Notes under the pieces: model-generated
Database searches by the model: none
Told to the model about the DNA's origin: nothing
The model's input: only the letters and a program-made list of their open reading frames with translations
Program-made: the position numbers and the translations under genes
Virus record (IMG/VR): IMGVR_UViG_3300031134_000004
Coordinates: 128,001 to 192,000 of that record
Origin: a virus
Taxonomy: Duplodnaviria > Caudoviricetes
Reading direction: 5' to 3' (one strand)
DNA: 64,000 nt
In this document: piece after piece, positions 1-9,183 of the stretch
How the letters are laid out: each line of letters begins with the position of its first letter
Position numbering within the stretch: position 1 is the stretch's first letter

Positions 1-744
1 CGTCCAGGTTGGTGCATCAGCTGACAGCAATGCTGCCGAACGCTGCTTGACTGCTTGGTAATCAGCGCGTTGTATTTCCTTGACGTTAAAGTGGCGAGCG
101 TGGGTTTTCTCAGACCACGTCATGGTGGTGAACATCGGTGCTGGTCCTTCAATAGACCAATACCCTTTCTCCAAGAACAAACCCTTACTAAACTGGATGC
201 CATCTTCCTTGGTGACTTCCACGTACATCGTCACATCCGCTTCAGGCGACTTACCTTCTCGGGCCTTGTAACGGATCGATTCAATGAAGACTTTACCAGC
301 AGATTCAGGCTTGTACAGAGCAGTTTCTTTACTGTAGGCAACAAGCCACATCTCTTCACTGTGTTTGGCGTCATATACGAGCTTTTGAGACGGTTTTAGC
401 GCTGCCTTGAAGGGAATAGTGTAAATCTTCAATCCGCCCTTGTAGGTGGCATTAAACTCGTTCTTCTCGCCTGTGACAAAACCATGAAAAACGTTCTCCA
501 TGTCAGCGTAACCGGAGATACTTCCCAAGAGTGTGGGCGTAACACAGATGCGCGGTACAGTACGGTCTTCCATCGGTGCTTGACGGCGACCAATCATGGG
601 AATGAAAGCTTTGATGTTGGTATCAGGTGAAACGTGGACAAGGTAGTCTTGTTTCAAATCTTCCGGTGTGACGATGTCAACGTTACGCTGGACCTTCTCA
701 CTGGTATTGTCAAGCCACTCGTCGAGTTCTTGTTTGGCGTTCAT
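1..744 (-). CDS. Hypothetical phage protein, truncated at window edge (MNAKQELDEWLD...)
   Basis: Translated by hand: ATG at 744, open to position 1. Contains LVHVS...FIP...EDRTVPRICVTPTLLG. Missing from the ORF track because the stop lies outside the window. Confidence 0.75.
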   Translation of the reverse strand, partial: MNAKQELDEWLDNTSEKVQRNVDIVTPEDLKQDYLVHVSPDTNIKAFIPMIGRRQAPMEDRTVPRICVTPTLLGSISGYADMENVFHGFVTGEKNEFNATYKGGLKIYTIPFKAALKPSQKLVYDAKHSEEMWLVAYSKETALYKPESAGKVFIESIRYKAREGKSPEADVTMYVEVTKEDGIQFSKGLFLEKGYWSIEGPAPMFTTMTWSEKTHARHFNVKEIQRADYQAVKQRSAALLSADAPTWT

Positions 745-820
745 GAAAGTTTCCTAAGTCGATGAGGCGGAATAAGCCGAGAGACCGAAGTCTCTCGGCT
801 AGTAGTATCACAAGATGAGC

Positions 821-2395
821 TTAGATCCCGTCAGCTTCCCAGAATGGGGTTTCTTCACCGGAACCAATCGCACCACCACCAACCTTCTTACGCGTCGTAT
901 CAGCGCCTTCCACGTCTGGCAGCAAGCCAAACACTGGATGGAATTCCAGCACGAAGTACAGGTATTCAAATGGCGTTTTACGCACTTGGTCTTTACGGTG
1001 CTTACCACGCTGCACTGCCAAGTACCATTTACCATTGACTTGTTCGATGTGTTGGAACAGTTCGCCATCAACGACTTGACCCAATTGCTTGGAGCCTGCG
1101 TAGTAACCACCGCCGATCAACAGCTGCACGAAACCAGTACGGCCTTCACGGATCAGCATCTTAGCGTCCGTGGAGATTTGGTGTGGCGTCTTGAAGATGT
1201 AACCGTGGTGCTTGGCGTGCGCTGCCATGCGTTCGTACATGTTGCGAAGTGGTTCACCAGCACTTGTACCGTCGCAGCCCGTGGTAGGGATTTTGAGCAG
1301 GTAGTCCACTGCCAGTACTTTGACTTCGTAGCCCTGGGCCTCCAAGTCCAAGACAATGTTTTGCAACGTTTTGTACGTCGCCATGCTTGGGTTCAGATGG
1401 TAGAAGAAGCATTCAAAGCCATTAACCCGCAGTGCTTCGTGCACGTAATGGGCCAACTCTTCTTCCGTCTTTTCCGCAATCATCGCCGAGACACGTTCTT
1501 CCGTCATCGATTCAAGCGTACCGTTACGCTGGGCTTCAATGCCGATCAAACGCTTGTAGATGAATTGGTAGTTCATCTGCAAGGTGTCTTCACAGGAGAC
1601 GTGCACCATCGCCGCCTTCTTGCTTGGATCTTTCAGGATCGGCGTGTTAAAGAGCGCCATGTCTACGTGTTCCGACAAGTTCATGCCGGTCTTGTAGTTG
1701 TGCTCCAATGCCGCCTTGACCCACTCTTCACCGAAGCGATAGCCGCCATCCAATGCTCGGTTCAAGCCTTGCCAACCAGTACGCATGACAGACGTGCCAG
1801 AAGACTCGTCCTTGACGTTCTTAAACACTTCCTTACCACTTTCAAGGTCAGTGGTATTGGCCGCGCTAATGATCGATGGATCACGCACTGCCGAGTCAAC
1901 TTGATACGGTTCGAGTTGCGCGCACACTTCAGCGACGAACGCTTTCATGTTAGGAATCTTGTTACGACCGAACTTCATGGCAGTAGCTGCCTTGGTCATG
2001 ATCGTGCGAATCTTCTCTTCTTTCAAGAACTCGATCAAGGTGCGCTGGTAATTCATGCAGGTGCGCTTGAGCGTTTGTTCCGACAACTCGTGCTCGATGC
2101 CGTCTTTGAACGCATCGTACATCACGTCTTCATCCATGCAAATCATCTTGATCTGCTGGAGCAGTTCCATCGGCTCGTATTGGTAGTTAGGAGGCGCGTC
2201 GCACATGGCGATCGCAATCTGTTTGAGACCAGCTAAGATCTCGAATTCGTGGTTGACACCGATGTTGATCTCAGGCGTTTGAATATTCTGCACGATCTCC
2301 CGCACGAGCACGGCGGAGTTTTCCTGCAGATTCTTCAGCTGGCTTTCTCGGTACAACAGCGTGATGGCGTGGACTAACAGTAATTTATTATTCAT
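821..2395 (-). CDS. dnaB: DnaB-like replicative helicase (phiKZ gp118-like)
   Basis: RTGWQGLNRALDGGYRFGE, degenerate Walker A ALEHNYKT, Walker B-like VLAVDYL, TPHQIS, QRGKHR. Lies divergent from the capsid gene as in phiKZ-like phages. Confidence 0.85.
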   Translation of the reverse strand: MNNKLLLVHAITLLYRESQLKNLQENSAVLVREIVQNIQTPEINIGVNHEFEILAGLKQIAIAMCDAPPNYQYEPMELLQQIKMICMDEDVMYDAFKDGIEHELSEQTLKRTCMNYQRTLIEFLKEEKIRTIMTKAATAMKFGRNKIPNMKAFVAEVCAQLEPYQVDSAVRDPSIISAANTTDLESGKEVFKNVKDESSGTSVMRTGWQGLNRALDGGYRFGEEWVKAALEHNYKTGMNLSEHVDMALFNTPILKDPSKKAAMVHVSCEDTLQMNYQFIYKRLIGIEAQRNGTLESMTEERVSAMIAEKTEEELAHYVHEALRVNGFECFFYHLNPSMATYKTLQNIVLDLEAQGYEVKVLAVDYLLKIPTTGCDGTSAGEPLRNMYERMAAHAKHHGYIFKTPHQISTDAKMLIREGRTGFVQLLIGGGYYAGSKQLGQVVDGELFQHIEQVNGKWYLAVQRGKHRKDQVRKTPFEYLYFVLEFHPVFGLLPDVEGADTTRKKVGGGAIGSGEETPFWEADGI

Positions 2396-2509
2396 CGCTA
2401 TGAGGGTCTTTGCATTTTTTGCGCAGCAACATTACTGCCGTGTATTCTCTTCATAGATAAGTGCCTGCTAGATTTTTAATTACCATCCCCCCTGTAGGAG
2501 TTTTTTACC

Positions 2510-3058
2510 GTGACCATCAAACGCATCGTCTTGATCCCATTTTGGGTGCAAGACATTCTGGCGCGTAACAAGATGCAGTTAGCCGACTGCTTGAACGTTG
2601 CCAAACTCAAACCCATCATGGCACTGAACGACCTGTTGGCGTTCGCTGCATTGCAACGCCATATTGTTCAGCTCGTCGGTGCACCTGTCATCGGTGACGA
2701 ACTGTACTGGATCTGGGCAGAAAGCGTCGCTGCTAATCCAGAACTCAAAAAGTTCTTGAACGAGTCGATCTCGGTCCTCTCGGGCGACCCAACGTACAAC
2801 CGGGAAATCCAAAGCCGGTTGTTCGATCCAGACGCTCATACTGCTCAGTATGAAAAACCGTTTATTACTTATGACTTATCGCCGGAGGTTCTCGGTGTCG
2901 TCATCTACCCCGGCTACTTCACCGACAGTGGAAATAATGACTTGCAGAAATCTTTGGTTTCGGCAATTCTTAAACTATTGTATGTGTACGAACACGATCA
3001 CAAGGTGGCCAAAACCCCTTTGTTTAAACGTTACCTGGAATTATTGTCGGCGAAATAA
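2510..3058 (+). CDS. Hypothetical, probable virion protein upstream of major capsid
   Basis: 182-aa ORF with RBS (taggag); position between helicase and capsid gene. Confidence 0.65.
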   Translation: MTIKRIVLIPFWVQDILARNKMQLADCLNVAKLKPIMALNDLLAFAALQRHIVQLVGAPVIGDELYWIWAESVAANPELKKFLNESISVLSGDPTYNREIQSRLFDPDAHTAQYEKPFITYDLSPEVLGVVIYPGYFTDSGNNDLQKSLVSAILKLLYVYEHDHKVAKTPLFKRYLELLSAK

Positions 3059-3122
3059 CCGATATATTCTGAGGCAACATTGCCCCCAAGTACTTTTTCC
3101 AACTGTATAGGAAGCACAAGAA

Positions 3123-5291
3123 ATGAACCTGTTCACTAACAAGAACCGTCCCGGCTCGGCTCACGTCAGCACCGCCCTGGACAACCTGGTCGCCGGTATC
3201 CAATCGCACCTGAACCAATCGGGTTCGACCTTCGTGTCGAGCGCAGTGGCCAAGGGCGCAATGTCGATGGAATCGATCGATCCTGTCATTCAGCAAGAAC
3301 TGGGCAGCGCCTGCGACGACCTGAACACCGCGCTGGAAGGCATCGCCACCGAACTGAACATCTCGGCACAACTGAGCACCAGCCAGAAGAACGCTGCAAC
3401 GGCCGCCGGCATCATCGCCTCGGACATCCGCGGCTTCCTGCACGCCCCGATCAAGCGCGACGTCGTCGCTCAAGAAAACATGGCGTTCATCTCGCCACGC
3501 GGCGGCGACGCCTTCGACGCACGTATGAAGCCAGCCCTGGAAGCATACGACGAGAAGGAAAACAAGAACGCCGTCGTGTACTCGGTCGCGTACAACATGC
3601 AAGCTGCTCGCCAGGACGAGTTCGCTGAAACGTTCTACCCAACCGTCGTCGTCACGCCTGACCAAGTCGGTTTCGCCGTGTCGATCCGCCTGATCCAAGT
3701 GTACCGCGAAGTGCGTCGTCAGACCAACGGTAACACCGACAAGTTCAACAAGCAGAACATCATCAAGGCCGTCATCGATCCAACGATCCTGCGCAACGAC
3801 CAGATGAAGATCGTCCCGGTCTACCGCGATGAATCGCGCGCACACTTCGTCGACAGCGCCCTGGTCAAGCCACGCGACCTGGACCTGGAAGGCACGATGA
3901 TCCCAACGGCGCCGCTGGCAATGGGCAAGAAGTTCTCGCTGCTGGCCATCTCGCAAACCGACGCCCTGCTGGAAACCGGTCTGCAAGACACCACCGATTC
4001 GATCGACACCGCTGTCGTGCTGAACGCACTGTACGTGCAAGTCGGTAACGAAGTGTTCAAGTTCAACACCGCGCGTCTGCCGACCGCGACCTTCAACTAC
4101 GCTGTGCAGGGCAACTATCGCCAGATGAACCTGCAGTTCGAAAACAGCTCGCTGAAGATCGACAAGGACACCAAGACCGTCGCTCAAGCCGCATCGGTCG
4201 TGCTGGCTGACATCGCATCGGGCGAATACACCGTGCGCCTGAACGCTGCTGTCTCGGGTTCGGTGAACCTGGAACTGGCTGACACCAGCCTGTTCGCATC
4301 GGACGTCATCGTTGCTCGCGTGACCAACAAGGACGGCGAAGTGCTGGCCCTGGACGGCGCCGAAGCCAAAGCGATCGTGGACCTGTTCAAAGCAGCCAAG
4401 ATCATCGGTTACGACCTGGACGCACAGCGTACCAACCTGAACCGTCGCATGCGTGGTGACCTGCTGGACACCACCTTCTACAACCAGGTCTACGCGGTGC
4501 CACTGCGTTCGCCAATCACCATCCCACGTCCGCTGACCGCTGGCGATCAGAACGACAGCTCGGATCTGGCTGCCCTGATCACTGCAACGCGTATCCGCAC
4601 CAGCAACGCGGCCGTCGACGAACTGCTGCGCGTCGAAGACATCCTGAAGGAATTCGTCAACAGCAAAGACTCGATCCACGATTCCCCAGAAATCCTGGGT
4701 ATCTCGCGCTTCCTGGTCCAGCCGTTCTTCGAAAAGGCTGTCCTGGACGTGGCCAAGGAAATCGACTCGCTGCGTTCGTTCGAACGTGCAGCCGACGTGC
4801 AAGCACTGCTGGTGAACAAGCTGCGTGACATGGCTTACCGCATGTACCGCGACTCGGGCTACAAGGCAGCTGCTGACGCGCTGGCCGGCGGCATCTCGCA
4901 AGTGCCAACCGTCATCATCGGCACCGATCCAGTCCTGGCTCGCTACCTGATGGTCTCGGGCGACTTCCGCACCCTGGGCAACGACTTCAACGTCAAGGTC
5001 GTCTCGACGCTGAACGAGCGCATGGCTGGCAAGATCATCATGACCTTCGGCGTGTTCAACGGCGAAACGGATGGCGTGCCAAACCCAATGCACTTCGGTA
5101 ACATGGCCTGGAAACCAGAACTGACCCTGGTGCTGCCGCTGCATCGCAACGGCGCCAACAGCAAAGAACTGACCGTCCAGCCGTCGTTCATCCACATCAC
5201 CAACCTGCCGATCATGGCTTCGATCGAAGTCGTGGGTATCGAAGACGTCGTTGCATCGAAGAACGCCGTCCTGATCACCGAAAAGCCGTAA
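3123..5291 (+). CDS. Major capsid protein (phiKZ gp120-like)
   Basis: 722 aa with strongly biased codon usage typical of high expression. N-terminal propeptide with SME/ALE prohead-protease-type sites (AMSMES, PALEAYDE). C-terminal ELTVQPSFIHITNLPI. Synteny with helicase and RNAP. Confidence 0.9.
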   Translation: MNLFTNKNRPGSAHVSTALDNLVAGIQSHLNQSGSTFVSSAVAKGAMSMESIDPVIQQELGSACDDLNTALEGIATELNISAQLSTSQKNAATAAGIIASDIRGFLHAPIKRDVVAQENMAFISPRGGDAFDARMKPALEAYDEKENKNAVVYSVAYNMQAARQDEFAETFYPTVVVTPDQVGFAVSIRLIQVYREVRRQTNGNTDKFNKQNIIKAVIDPTILRNDQMKIVPVYRDESRAHFVDSALVKPRDLDLEGTMIPTAPLAMGKKFSLLAISQTDALLETGLQDTTDSIDTAVVLNALYVQVGNEVFKFNTARLPTATFNYAVQGNYRQMNLQFENSSLKIDKDTKTVAQAASVVLADIASGEYTVRLNAAVSGSVNLELADTSLFASDVIVARVTNKDGEVLALDGAEAKAIVDLFKAAKIIGYDLDAQRTNLNRRMRGDLLDTTFYNQVYAVPLRSPITIPRPLTAGDQNDSSDLAALITATRIRTSNAAVDELLRVEDILKEFVNSKDSIHDSPEILGISRFLVQPFFEKAVLDVAKEIDSLRSFERAADVQALLVNKLRDMAYRMYRDSGYKAAADALAGGISQVPTVIIGTDPVLARYLMVSGDFRTLGNDFNVKVVSTLNERMAGKIIMTFGVFNGETDGVPNPMHFGNMAWKPELTLVLPLHRNGANSKELTVQPSFIHITNLPIMASIEVVGIEDVVASKNAVLITEKP

Positions 5292-5506
5292 TCAACGACG
5301 GCCGGCTAGTCTTGACTCCTGAGTGTTTTGGCGCTCAGGAGTTTTTACGAAGAGTCGGTTACCTTTGGTTTGGCAAATCCGGCCAGAGGTCGTTGGAAAA
5401 AACGGGGCGTTTCCCTACTCACTGGTGCAACGCCGGTGAGTAGGGTTTATGCCGTCTTTTTTACAGACAACACTTATAGTGTGTCTAACTAATAGGAGGA
5501 ACGATT

Positions 5507-5743
5507 ATGTTCATCTTTAAGCTCATTTATTTGTTCTCTGTCTTTATCTCTGGCTCTGTGGTACTTTTTCACTCAGGTGAATTTGTCCGGGCACTGTATA
5601 ACGACGACCGCAAACTCGGTAACGAAGACATCGCTGCATTCTTGTTCATCTGCTCGATCTTCATCTTCTTACCAATCATGAATACGTTCGTGGCAATGTG
5701 TGTGATTAAACACTATCTGGGTAAGAACAAACAACGGAGTTGA
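5507..5743 (+). CDS. Small AT-rich membrane protein
   Basis: RBS ataggagga; two hydrophobic segments. Confidence 0.6.
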   Translation: MFIFKLIYLFSVFISGSVVLFHSGEFVRALYNDDRKLGNEDIAAFLFICSIFIFLPIMNTFVAMCVIKHYLGKNKQRS

Positions 5744-5774
5744 TTACAATGGATTTCAGGCATATATTCCAATT

Positions 5775-6113
5775 GTGAGTAGCAAATACTATTCTTATTT
5801 GTCTGTAAGATCATCCGTAAGTCCACTTATAAAAAGGCACGCTATCGTGACGAACACTGTATTTGAAATCCTCTGGTATGCTTACCACATTAGTGTCTGG
5901 GGTGCGTTTGCATTCTTCTACATCCACTACGACATCATCAAGGTAAGAGCGTTCGCAATTGTTGCTGCGCGTATCAATCGCCATCTGCGTTGGGGCAAAC
6001 GCAATGAAGCAATGTACATGACGATGATGATGGTGTGCGTTCTTGCACCGATTGCCAATAGCTTCTTTGCTTACCTCACCTTGCGTTATTGGTGGCGTCG
6101 GCGTAAAGCGTAA
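5775..6113 (+). CDS. Hypothetical membrane protein (start uncertain)
   Basis: 112-aa ORF with hydrophobic stretches and a basic C-terminus; shares P..N.F.A with the preceding ORF. Confidence 0.5.
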   Translation: MSSKYYSYLSVRSSVSPLIKRHAIVTNTVFEILWYAYHISVWGAFAFFYIHYDIIKVRAFAIVAARINRHLRWGKRNEAMYMTMMMVCVLAPIANSFFAYLTLRYWWRRRKA

Positions 6114-6279
6114 GCGTCATAGACCGGAGGGAATTCCCTCCGGCCTTTATGCCCTCTTTATTTTTTTGTTTGAATTTAAAATGATTCAGTCATATATCAC
6201 CTAATTGACGTAGTATTCATATTGCGTGTTATGTGTTTAGGGAACGCTTAGGGATAAGTTGTTTTCAAGGAATAGAATC

Positions 6280-7413
6280 ATGATGGACATTAATCACGTA
6301 GCCCAAACCTTGTTCGGGAATGTCAACGTTTCACCGATCAAACCACAGGATCGACGGATAGGCCACAGTCCGATCGAGTTTCGAACAACCTACTACAATT
6401 ACTTACCAACCGCAGCAACTGTTGTGTGGCGCAGTGGACTTAAGTGTACCTTGGCACCAGAGCCGAGCTTTGAGACGAACCATTTGGTCATCAGAAATGA
6501 GATCACGATCCAGCACGCAGTAAAACTTGACATACAGCGTGTATTAAGTGCTGTAGCGGATGATGCCAGTCAAGAGATGCGAGCGCTAAGAGATGCGTTC
6601 AAAATCTCGATCCGGCACAACCACTTCAGTAGTGTTACTTTGATTTTAGACTACCATCTGTCGCTGGAACAGCTGAGAGATTATGGCGGGAGCGTGTACT
6701 ATCACGAACTCGACATCGTCGTATCACTGATGAGTTCAGACAAATCTCCCCCGCATCCGTATAGCGCTGCGGGTAGAGATTTATGCCTCGTAGAATCCGC
6801 TCCTAGCAAGATCGGGTTTAACTACGGTATTGAGATCATCGACAACGCAGGCAAGTATGGGGACCGTTACCTAAACATCGGTAACAAAGTCTATCGCGCA
6901 CCGGCCGAGAAAGATAGCACCAAACGTGACGGGGTGTATATCGTGGCGAATGAACCGGTCATCGGGGAAGTCGACATGAGCGAGCGCGAAGTGCAGTACT
7001 ACCCATTTGAAATGGCTGAAGAGCAAGTGGGTTTGTATCGCACACCAGAGGAAGCACTGAACTTAGGTGATTTGTCTCAAGCGAGAAAAGAAGAACTCGT
7101 TCAATTAGAGCATGAACTGCAAATTGGGAAAGCTGAACTTAACAAAGAACGGCAAGAACATGAAGCGGCAATGCTGGACAAACAACGGGCACTTCGAGAG
7201 GCTGAAGTAGAACGTGATCGCCAAGCGCGTGTGATTGAAGAAATGCGTGCTGATCACGAGCACAGACTCAAGCTTGAACGGGAACGTGTCAAGGATTACT
7301 ACGACGACAAATCTTACGAAAGGAAAGACAAAAGTGAAACACTAAAATTCATACCAGCCATTGTTGTCGGTATTGGTGGAGCGCTCATGGCAATTAAGAA
7401 GCTCTTCTTCTAG
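6280..7413 (+). CDS. Hypothetical protein with C-terminal coiled coil and membrane anchor
   Basis: RBS aagga; E/R/K-rich coiled coil followed by FIPAIVVGIGGALMAIKKLFF; directly upstream of the RNAP subunit gene. Confidence 0.7.
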   Translation: MMDINHVAQTLFGNVNVSPIKPQDRRIGHSPIEFRTTYYNYLPTAATVVWRSGLKCTLAPEPSFETNHLVIRNEITIQHAVKLDIQRVLSAVADDASQEMRALRDAFKISIRHNHFSSVTLILDYHLSLEQLRDYGGSVYYHELDIVVSLMSSDKSPPHPYSAAGRDLCLVESAPSKIGFNYGIEIIDNAGKYGDRYLNIGNKVYRAPAEKDSTKRDGVYIVANEPVIGEVDMSEREVQYYPFEMAEEQVGLYRTPEEALNLGDLSQARKEELVQLEHELQIGKAELNKERQEHEAAMLDKQRALREAEVERDRQARVIEEMRADHEHRLKLERERVKDYYDDKSYERKDKSETLKFIPAIVVGIGGALMAIKKLFF

Positions 7414-7457
7414 TATCACTAGCTGGAATTAACATCTCGAAACAAGGAAACAATAAC

Positions 7458-9065
7458 ATGATGGATGCCTTTATGGGCCCGTTGGTGGACGCCGACACAC
7501 CAGCGCTTAATCCCGACATCGCTAACGGCTTAGCCGTCAAGCACTTCAAGGATGTCGAGAAACATGTACATCTGGTTTTCCAATCGGCAGCGAAAGGCTT
7601 TCCCGAGGGTTTGAAGTACCTCGGGTGCCGTCGTTGTACACCGCCAGAAGAATTGGCCATCGTCACCAAGAAGAAGGGCAGTAAGCGCCTGTATGATGTT
7701 GCACGTTCGGACATCTACATGATGCAATACCTGTTCGAGTACAAGGGTGAGAAGCTCGACCCACGTTACATGTATTTGCCATTCGTTGGTGAAGCAGGTA
7801 GTTTGACGATGGGTGGTAGTCACTTTAACGTATCGCCGCTCTTGACGGACCGCGTGATCTCTGTGGGTGTCTCGAGCATCTTCATCCGGCTCTTGCGTGA
7901 CCGCTTGACGTTTGAGCGTATGAGCCAGCACTACATGATCGATGGTAAGCGTGAGACCGTGCAAGTTGCTTGGTCGCAAATTTACCATAAGAACGCGAAG
8001 ATGAAAAAGCTTCGTCCGACAGTGAAAGCCAATTGCACGCTGATGCACTATCTGCTTTGCAAGTTTGGTTTTGCTGAAACGTTCTTGAAGTTCGGCAATT
8101 GTAAGCCCGTTGTCGGTGGTGCAGAAATCAATAAGAACGTCTATCCAGAAGACGAGTGGGTCATTTGCAGTAGCACGCAAGTCAAACCCAAAGGTTGTGG
8201 TCGTGGCTTTTACGAGCCTACGCAAATTCGCGTTGCTGTGCGTAAGGAAGAACTGACCCCCATGGTGAAAAACATGCTGGGTGGTTTCTTCTACATTGCT
8301 GACCATTTCCCCACGCTGCTCCCGCCTGAGTGGGTGGAATCCAAACGCCAGTGGATGATCCTTTTGGGACACATCATCTTTTCTGGTTCGATCAACGCAG
8401 GTAAGCTGTACGACGACATTGCTGACCACATGACGTCGCTCGATGAGTATTTGGATAGCCTCATCATGGTCAAGCTGCAAGACATTGGCATTCATGTCGA
8501 TGACATCTACCAAGTGTTCGGTATCGTGATCGAGCGCTTTAACGATTGGTTGCTCTCGGCAACTGATAAGGTAGCGAGTATGTACGAGAAAGAACTGTCG
8601 ATCCTGCCGTTCTCCTTGTACGAAATCACGAGTGCAATCTTCAAGCTGTACTTCAAGCTTAAGGCGGCATCCAAGAAAGAACTGACGGCAAAAGAAATCG
8701 TTGCTACGATGAACTTGACGCTGCGTACCGGCTTGATTTTCTCCTTGACCAAAGGCCACGGGGAAGTCTCGACGATTAGCTGCCCAGGGGACAATAAGGC
8801 AACAAAGATCACCTCGCTTTTGGTGCCACAGTCGGCATCGAACCGTCAGAGTAGCCGGAAAGACCGGGCAGTATTGAATGACCCTTCCAAGCGCCTGCAT
8901 GTCTCGGTGGCTGAAGTCGGGGGCTATTCAAACTTGCCTAAGAGTGAACCTTCGGGCCGCTCACGGATTAACCCCCACGTTAAGGTTGATCCCAAAGGTG
9001 TGGTGTTGCGTAATCCTGCGCACATGGAGATGCTCGATAACGTGCAAGAACTTATCAGGCGTTGA
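7458..9065 (+). CDS. Non-virion RNA polymerase beta-like subunit, N-terminal part (phiKZ gp123-like)
   Basis: 535 aa with YLPF...GSLTMGGSHF.VSPLLTD and C-terminal LHVS.AE.G......K..P.GR.RINP motifs; located just downstream of the capsid gene as in phiKZ. Confidence 0.8.
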   Translation: MMDAFMGPLVDADTPALNPDIANGLAVKHFKDVEKHVHLVFQSAAKGFPEGLKYLGCRRCTPPEELAIVTKKKGSKRLYDVARSDIYMMQYLFEYKGEKLDPRYMYLPFVGEAGSLTMGGSHFNVSPLLTDRVISVGVSSIFIRLLRDRLTFERMSQHYMIDGKRETVQVAWSQIYHKNAKMKKLRPTVKANCTLMHYLLCKFGFAETFLKFGNCKPVVGGAEINKNVYPEDEWVICSSTQVKPKGCGRGFYEPTQIRVAVRKEELTPMVKNMLGGFFYIADHFPTLLPPEWVESKRQWMILLGHIIFSGSINAGKLYDDIADHMTSLDEYLDSLIMVKLQDIGIHVDDIYQVFGIVIERFNDWLLSATDKVASMYEKELSILPFSLYEITSAIFKLYFKLKAASKKELTAKEIVATMNLTLRTGLIFSLTKGHGEVSTISCPGDNKATKITSLLVPQSASNRQSSRKDRAVLNDPSKRLHVSVAEVGGYSNLPKSEPSGRSRINPHVKVDPKGVVLRNPAHMEMLDNVQELIRR

Positions 9066-9183
9066 CCTAGCGTAGATTCAATAACGCAACAACCACATAT
9101 TACAAAAGAGCAATGCATTACGTATTGTCACGCAACGACCCGCTAGGGACGCCTAGCGGGAACATAAACAAGGAAAAAATCTC

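Noticed and set aside
815-5195. Long antisense ORFs (815-2236 +, 3024-5195 -, and similar ones at 9118-11130, 17512-19176, 28177-29622, 32441-34465, 42519-44390)
   Set aside because: These are shadow frames opposite genes with strong codon bias; they lack RBSs and recognisable motifs.
821-9065. Inteins or introns in the helicase or RNAP subunit
   Set aside because: Lengths are ordinary, and I saw no C/S...HN splice motifs, LAGLIDADG blocks or interrupted frames.
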